Shown: one piece after another, positions 59,178 through 64,000 of the stretch
Position numbering within the stretch: position 1 is the first letter of the stretch
Layout of the letters: each line of letters begins with the position of its first letter
NCBI GenBank assembly: GCA_964629365.1
Contig: CAZVRB010000003.1
Coordinates: forward strand, 17,711-81,710
DNA: 64,000 nucleotides
DNA from: an uncultured Leptospiraceae bacterium
GTDB taxonomy: Bacteria > Spirochaetota > UBA4802 > UB4802
Direction: 5' to 3'
Translations under genes and position numbers: made by a program
The notes under the pieces: model-generated
What the model was told of the DNA's origin: nothing
Databases searched by the model: none
Seen by the model: only the letters and a program-made list of their open reading frames with translations

Positions 59178-61277
59178 TTACCCAACTCTCATCCTTGCGT
59201 CAAGGGCCAATGCTCCCTTTCCATTGGGCAGCACACGAACAGGATTAAGGTCCAGTTCTTTTACCTGTGGATGCTCTGCCAGAAGATGTGATGTCCTCAC
59301 TATTATGTCCACCAGGGCATTGACGTCCCCCTCCTTGCCCCCGCGGGCACCTTCAAGGAGCTTGTATGATTTGAGAGATTGAAGCTTCTCCCTGACTTCA
59401 CCAGCGGTAACCGGACAAAGAGAATTCGCGACATCAGTAAACACCTCTATGAAGATCCCCCCCATGCCGTAAAATATAACCTGCCCGAAGGATTCATCAT
59501 ATTTGCCGCCGATAAACATATCATAGCCCTCATCTGCCATGTTCATTACCCTGACACCATCAAAGCGGGCATTTTTATTATAAGCAGATAGGTTATTCTT
59601 TATGGTATTAAAAGCCTTTTCAGCTTCTTTGTCATTCTCAATTCCTACTACAACACCCCCTGCATCAGACTTATGTAACGCATCAGGAGAGACCACTTTC
59701 ATAACAACCGGATATCCAATTTTACCGCAAACCTTTATTGCTGTTTTGCTATCTACTGCCACTTCATTTTCAGGAACGGGTATACCATATGATTGAACAA
59801 GCTCAAGTGTCTCTTCACCACACTCACCGGTTCTTTTCTCAAGCCATTCTTCAGCCCGTGACTGGTCAATACCAGCTGGCCTGATTACATCCTCTTTCTG
59901 GCGCATATTACCGGTGTGATATTTCATCTGCATGGCCATTACCCGAACCAGTTCTTCAGGGCTGTTAAATATTGGGAAATTTACCGCTTTTTTAACCTGG
60001 GACATATATCCCGATTCTCCCAGCAGGCATATTCCCAGGGGTTTTGCTGAAGACAGGATCGCTCCCCAGGTTTCCTTGGAGAGGTCGGCAAGAAACATCC
60101 TGTAAAATACATTTTCACCGTCGGGCATATGGGGTCGCTGACTTACATATATTGCACCGTCAACCTTATCACTATGCATCACCGAGTAGACAACATGGGC
60201 AGTCATATTGGGATCATATATGTCACCCATATCTAATGGATTGGAAAAATTGATGACCCCGGCATTAGAGAAGCTTTGAAGTCCCTTGTAGAAGTCCTGC
60301 CCTGGATCAGCAAATTCGAAACCCTCGTTTTCGCAAAGGTCAGCCGTCATTACCGCAAAACCACCGGCGGGGCTCATTACCATGATACGCTTTCCTTTCA
60401 TTGGAGGCATTTTGAATGCCTTGGCAAGGGCAAAGAAATCATGGTAGTTGTGTATACGTATTATACCAGCCCGCTGAAAAGCGGAATCAATGATGTCCTC
60501 GTCATTGCTTACCGCGGCTGTATGGCTCATTGCCGCCTGTTTGCCCGCAGCCGTGGTATTGGATTTATATATGACAATGGGTTTGTCGATATTCTCAGCA
60601 GCCTCGATGAGTTCCCTGCCCCGTTGTATGCTTTCAAGATACATGCAGATTATCTTCGTTTCCGGATCTTCTCCATAATACTTGAGGAAATCAACCTCAT
60701 CCAGATCAAGCTTGTTACCGATACTTGCAAACTTGGCGATACCGATGTTTTCGTCCATGATGATATTCCACATCATCACCCCCACGCCACCGCTCTGTGA
60801 TATTATTGACATTCCTCCAATCGGGGGCCTGTACAGCGGCACAAATGGCAGGCATAATCCGTTTGCGGCATTAGCCACGGTAAGTCCATTTGGGCCAACA
60901 AACCTGATGCCATATTCACGGGCCTTTTCAAGGGTAAGATCTGCCAGCTTTTGTCCTTCTTCACTGTATTCAGAAAATCCACCGCTGGGTATGGCCATCC
61001 ATTTCACACCGGCTTTCCCGCATTCTTCAACCATATCCGGTATGTACTTTGCAGGGATCAACACGTAGGCGAGGTCGGGCACAACCGGTAATTCATCAAC
61101 TTTTTTATACATTTTAATGCCATCCACGTGTTCTTCATCAGAACGTGGATTAACCCCGAATATTCGCCCCTGGTAACCCCAGCGCAGCATATTTTCAAGG
61201 GTAATGCGTGGTATATTATTTGGCTTTGATGATAAGCCTATTACTGCTACTGACCCGGGATAGAACAGATTTTGCAT
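59178..61277 (-). CDS. ADP-forming acetyl-CoA synthetase / NDP-forming acyl-CoA synthetase (fused alpha-beta; CoA-binding + ATP-grasp)
   Basis: MQNLFYPGSVAVIGLSSKPNNIP CoA-binding N-terminus, a succinyl-CoA-synthetase-like flavodoxin domain, and a C-terminal ATP-grasp. ATG at 61277 follows GTGAGG. The ORF-track start (61376) is an upstream extension. Confidence 0.8.
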   Translation of the reverse strand: MQNLFYPGSVAVIGLSSKPNNIPRITLENMLRWGYQGRIFGVNPRSDEEHVDGIKMYKKVDELPVVPDLAYVLIPAKYIPDMVEECGKAGVKWMAIPSGGFSEYSEEGQKLADLTLEKAREYGIRFVGPNGLTVANAANGLCLPFVPLYRPPIGGMSIISQSGGVGVMMWNIIMDENIGIAKFASIGNKLDLDEVDFLKYYGEDPETKIICMYLESIQRGRELIEAAENIDKPIVIYKSNTTAAGKQAAMSHTAAVSNDEDIIDSAFQRAGIIRIHNYHDFFALAKAFKMPPMKGKRIMVMSPAGGFAVMTADLCENEGFEFADPGQDFYKGLQSFSNAGVINFSNPLDMGDIYDPNMTAHVVYSVMHSDKVDGAIYVSQRPHMPDGENVFYRMFLADLSKETWGAILSSAKPLGICLLGESGYMSQVKKAVNFPIFNSPEELVRVMAMQMKYHTGNMRQKEDVIRPAGIDQSRAEEWLEKRTGECGEETLELVQSYGIPVPENEVAVDSKTAIKVCGKIGYPVVMKVVSPDALHKSDAGGVVVGIENDKEAEKAFNTIKNNLSAYNKNARFDGVRVMNMADEGYDMFIGGKYDESFGQVIFYGMGGIFIEVFTDVANSLCPVTAGEVREKLQSLKSYKLLEGARGGKEGDVNALVDIIVRTSHLLAEHPQVKELDLNPVRVLPNGKGALALDARMRVG

Positions 61278-61567
61278 TGAAGACCTCACAGTTATTATTT
61301 TTATATATTTCCCCCATTTGATTAAATATTCAGGTGATATGCAACAAAATTTCCATGACAGTAACATATAACACAAACTTTTTATTTATTACTTCTAATT
61401 ATTATTACCTGGAAATCTTGATAGAACATTTCAACAAGTACTTTTTATCAAAACAGTACTTGTATTTTTTATTTATTATACATATTTTCATTGACATTAT
61501 AATACTGTATTATTATAATAAATAAAACATAATATGCTGCTATTTTTCTCATAACAGGGGAGGTCAC

Positions 61568-62986
61568 ATGAATTATAACAAGGAATACAGCAAAAAGCTG
61601 GTTTCTCCTGAGGAATCAGTTAAGGTGGTCAATTCAGGGGATACCGTCGATTATGGATTTTTTAACGGGAAGCCGGTTATTCTTGACCAGGCACTGGCTG
61701 CACGAGCCGATGAGCTCAGGGATGTAAGTATTTATACAGCTGTTTCCCTGCCTCCTGTTCCCGAAGTCATAAAGTATCCCGGCAGTTTTAAGTACATGGA
61801 CTGGCAATGGAGCAAGCTGACGAGAATACTTCACAGCCAGATGGAATCAGCCTATTACTGCCCAATACTATACCACAGGGCTCCCTTTTATTACAGGAAG
61901 CTAATTAACCAGGATCCCAACGAAAACATTACTAAGGGCTATCGATCTATCTATTATAATGATCCTGAAAAAAGCAGAAAGGCAAAATGGGTTGCCATGG
62001 TGCAGGTTGGTCCGATGGATGAATCCGGTTTTTTCAATATTGGTCCGCAGAACTCTGAAACTTCGGCAAAAATTGAAGGGGCGGACGTGGTAATTGCAGA
62101 GGTAAACCCGAATATGCCCATATGCCTTGGGGGAAACGAAGAAGCTGTGCACATATCACGCCTTGATTATATCGTTGAAGCACCTCCTGAACAAAATTTA
62201 TACGACGCGCCGCAGGTACCACCAACTGAAATAGACACGGAAATCGCAAAACATGTAATGCAGTACATATACGATGGTTGCTGTATACAGCTGGGGATAG
62301 GGGGCATGCCAAACATGGTTGGTTCACTTATTGCGCAATCTGACCTGAAAAACCTCGGAGGGCATACCGAGATGTTCGTCGACGCGTATGTTGACATGAT
62401 AGAATCAGGGAAAATGAACGGCTCCCAGAAAAATATTGACCGCTTTAAATGTTCATATACTTTCGCCATCGGCTCTAAACGAATGTATGATTTCATGCAT
62501 AATAACCCGGCACTTGCGTCATACCCTGTTGATTATACAAATGATCCAAGGGTTATTGCCAACATCGATAACATGGTGAGTATATGCAACGCCATACAGG
62601 TAGACCTGTTTTCACAGGTTAACGCGGAAAGTCTTGGTGCCGGGCAGGTATCAGGAAACGGCGGCATGTGGGATTTCGTGCTTGGGTCGCAGTGGTCACG
62701 AAATGGCAAAAGTTTCATCTGCCTGGCATCAACGTATACTGACTCCAATGGTGAATTGAGATCACGCATAACACCTCAACTACCACTTGGAACTGCCGTA
62801 ACCATACCTCGACAGATGGTCGATTATATTGTGACCGAATACGGGGCGGTGAAGTTAACAGCGTGTCCCACATGGATGCGTGCTGAAAAGATGATCAGTA
62901 TAGCCCATCCTGATTTCAGGGATGACCTTATTAAAGAAGCAGAAGACATGAAAATCTGGCGTCGTTCAAACAAGATACCCATATAA
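61568..62986 (+). CDS. Acetyl-CoA hydrolase/transferase family protein (succinyl-CoA:acetate / 4-hydroxybutyrate CoA-transferase-like)
   Basis: 472 aa with N- and C-terminal AcetylCoA_hydro domains (…GIGGMPN…, …FSQVNAESLGAGQVSGNGG…). Confidence 0.85.
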   Translation: MNYNKEYSKKLVSPEESVKVVNSGDTVDYGFFNGKPVILDQALAARADELRDVSIYTAVSLPPVPEVIKYPGSFKYMDWQWSKLTRILHSQMESAYYCPILYHRAPFYYRKLINQDPNENITKGYRSIYYNDPEKSRKAKWVAMVQVGPMDESGFFNIGPQNSETSAKIEGADVVIAEVNPNMPICLGGNEEAVHISRLDYIVEAPPEQNLYDAPQVPPTEIDTEIAKHVMQYIYDGCCIQLGIGGMPNMVGSLIAQSDLKNLGGHTEMFVDAYVDMIESGKMNGSQKNIDRFKCSYTFAIGSKRMYDFMHNNPALASYPVDYTNDPRVIANIDNMVSICNAIQVDLFSQVNAESLGAGQVSGNGGMWDFVLGSQWSRNGKSFICLASTYTDSNGELRSRITPQLPLGTAVTIPRQMVDYIVTEYGAVKLTACPTWMRAEKMISIAHPDFRDDLIKEAEDMKIWRRSNKIPI

Positions 62987-62989
62987 GTA

Positions 62990-63424
62990 TTAGATGACTA
63001 TCCATGTCACACCGTCGAATTTGACATTCAGTGTTTCAGGTATACCGTTTTCCACATAGCTGAATGTCACTTTCGGCTTATGGGTGGTCATAAAATCCCA
63101 TGCTTCCTGCACGGTCAATATCTCGAAAGCCCACCATACCGCGTTCTCTGCCAGGTGATCGTTTATACACCCGGTCCAACCGTAGGGCTGTTCAGACAGG
63201 TCCATAGGCTCGGCACCCGAATCTGTACGCGGCACATATACCTGTACCCAGTTACTGCGTTTCATTCTTCCAAAAAACCATTCAAGACGTTGAACATCAG
63301 TTGTCCACTTCCCCACAAGCTGACCTTCTTTGCTGAAACAGAAAAACGAGCTGCCTGCTTCACCTGACAGGTCAACCTGTTGTTGTACGTATTCCCGCAG
63401 GGTTATTGTACTTCGTGAAAGCAT
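62990..63424 (-). CDS. Hypothetical protein (144 aa)
   Basis: ORF with coding-like composition immediately downstream of dinB. No recognised domain. Confidence 0.35.
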   Translation of the reverse strand: MLSRSTITLREYVQQQVDLSGEAGSSFFCFSKEGQLVGKWTTDVQRLEWFFGRMKRSNWVQVYVPRTDSGAEPMDLSEQPYGWTGCINDHLAENAVWWAFEILTVQEAWDFMTTHKPKVTFSYVENGIPETLNVKFDGVTWIVI

Positions 63425-63426
63425 AC

Positions 63427-64000
63427 TCAGTCCCCCCTGTCACGGGTACCATTCAACATGGATCCCCTTGATACATGCTTACCAAACCTGTCCCTCAGGT
63501 CATCCAGCACTTTTTCAAATTTTTCGGTTTTTACTGACAGAATATTTTCATCTTCGGGATCATGGAAAAGATTCAATTGAACTGATTCTTTGTCAAATCC
63601 AACAAGATTTGATACCTTAACCCCGACAAGGCGCACCTTTCGTAAACCCCTTCCAAATGTTGTATACAGCCTGGTTGCTTCATTTCTGATGGTATACATA
63701 TCATCCGCAGGATTATTGACAGTCTTGCTTCTTGTATATGTTTCAAAACCTTCAAGCCTGATCTTAAGTGTAACTGTTCTGAATTTGTATTCGCTTTTTC
63801 TCACACGCCTGGAAAGACGATCAGAAATCTCATGAATAGTATGCAGTATAACTTCTTCATCAGGCATATCATGTTCATACGTAACTTCTTCACTCATCGA
63901 TTTGGTTACATGATCGGTCATCACATTTCTTGGATCTATTCCATTCGCCAGTTCCCATAGATGTGTTCCCAGCTTGCCCAGTGTTTTGTTCAGTATTCGC
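63427..64000 (-). CDS. dinB: DNA polymerase IV (Y-family), C-terminal part; 5' end lies beyond the window
   Basis: The reading frame stays open to the window edge (…RILNKTLGKLGTHLWELANGIDPRNV…), matching the thumb/little-finger region of DinB. The ORF-track GTG start at 63924 is internal. Confidence 0.8.
   Translation of the reverse strand, partial: RILNKTLGKLGTHLWELANGIDPRNVMTDHVTKSMSEEVTYEHDMPDEEVILHTIHEISDRLSRRVRKSEYKFRTVTLKIRLEGFETYTRSKTVNNPADDMYTIRNEATRLYTTFGRGLRKVRLVGVKVSNLVGFDKESVQLNLFHDPEDENILSVKTEKFEKVLDDLRDRFGKHVSRGSMLNGTRDRGD

Noticed and set aside
1-64000. CRISPR arrays, IS elements, toxin-antitoxin or restriction-modification systems
   Set aside because: Scanned the intergenic regions and small ORFs. 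No regularly spaced direct repeats, transposase or integrase motifs, or nuclease or methyltransferase signatures were found.

Overview
AT-rich bacterial chromosome segment, probably from an anaerobic, halotolerant, diderm organism, containing about 70 genes with almost no non-coding space. Core metabolism: a fatty-acid beta-oxidation gene set (FadD-like fragment, a 620-aa acyl-CoA dehydrogenase, fadB-like HCDH/ECH fusion plus thiolase, an ADP-forming acetyl-CoA synthetase, a CoA-transferase), an ectABC ectoine biosynthesis operon, hemW, a GH3 NagZ-like hydrolase, cspA, a LOG-family protein, tRNA-Leu(TAA) and tRNA-Cys(GCA), and a partial dinB at the right edge. Accessory content worth attention: (i) an 11-gene, tightly packed minus-strand cluster (30787-37869). 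It encodes four NifX/NifB-C-terminal-like (Nitro_FeMo-Co) domain proteins, two MinD/CooC-like P-loop ATPases carrying 2x[4Fe-4S] ferredoxin inserts, an Mrp/NBP35 Fe-S carrier, a TrmO/YaeB-like protein, an MBL-fold hydrolase, two Gly/Arg-rich small proteins (one a zinc ribbon), and a cation-diffusion-facilitator transporter fused to a NifX-like domain. A near-consensus sigma-54 -24/-12 promoter sits immediately upstream, next to a PAS-containing sigma-54 activator gene that is flanked by three copies of a TTGCA-N3-TGCAA palindrome. No nitrogenase is present, so this looks like an uncharacterised metallocofactor trafficking/efflux system. (ii) Three tandem AIM24/TIGR00266 paralogs. (iii) A chagasin-like inhibitor lipoprotein next to a papain-family C1 peptidase. 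(iv) A pelDEFG-only Pel-like exopolysaccharide locus lacking pelABC and flanked by an HDOD signalling protein. (v) A Cys-type sulfatase fused to a C-terminal polytopic membrane domain. (vi) A TetR-divergent operon of a DUF819 membrane protein, an S1P-lyase-like PLP decarboxylase and a class-III aminotransferase. No CRISPR arrays, transposases or integrases were seen.
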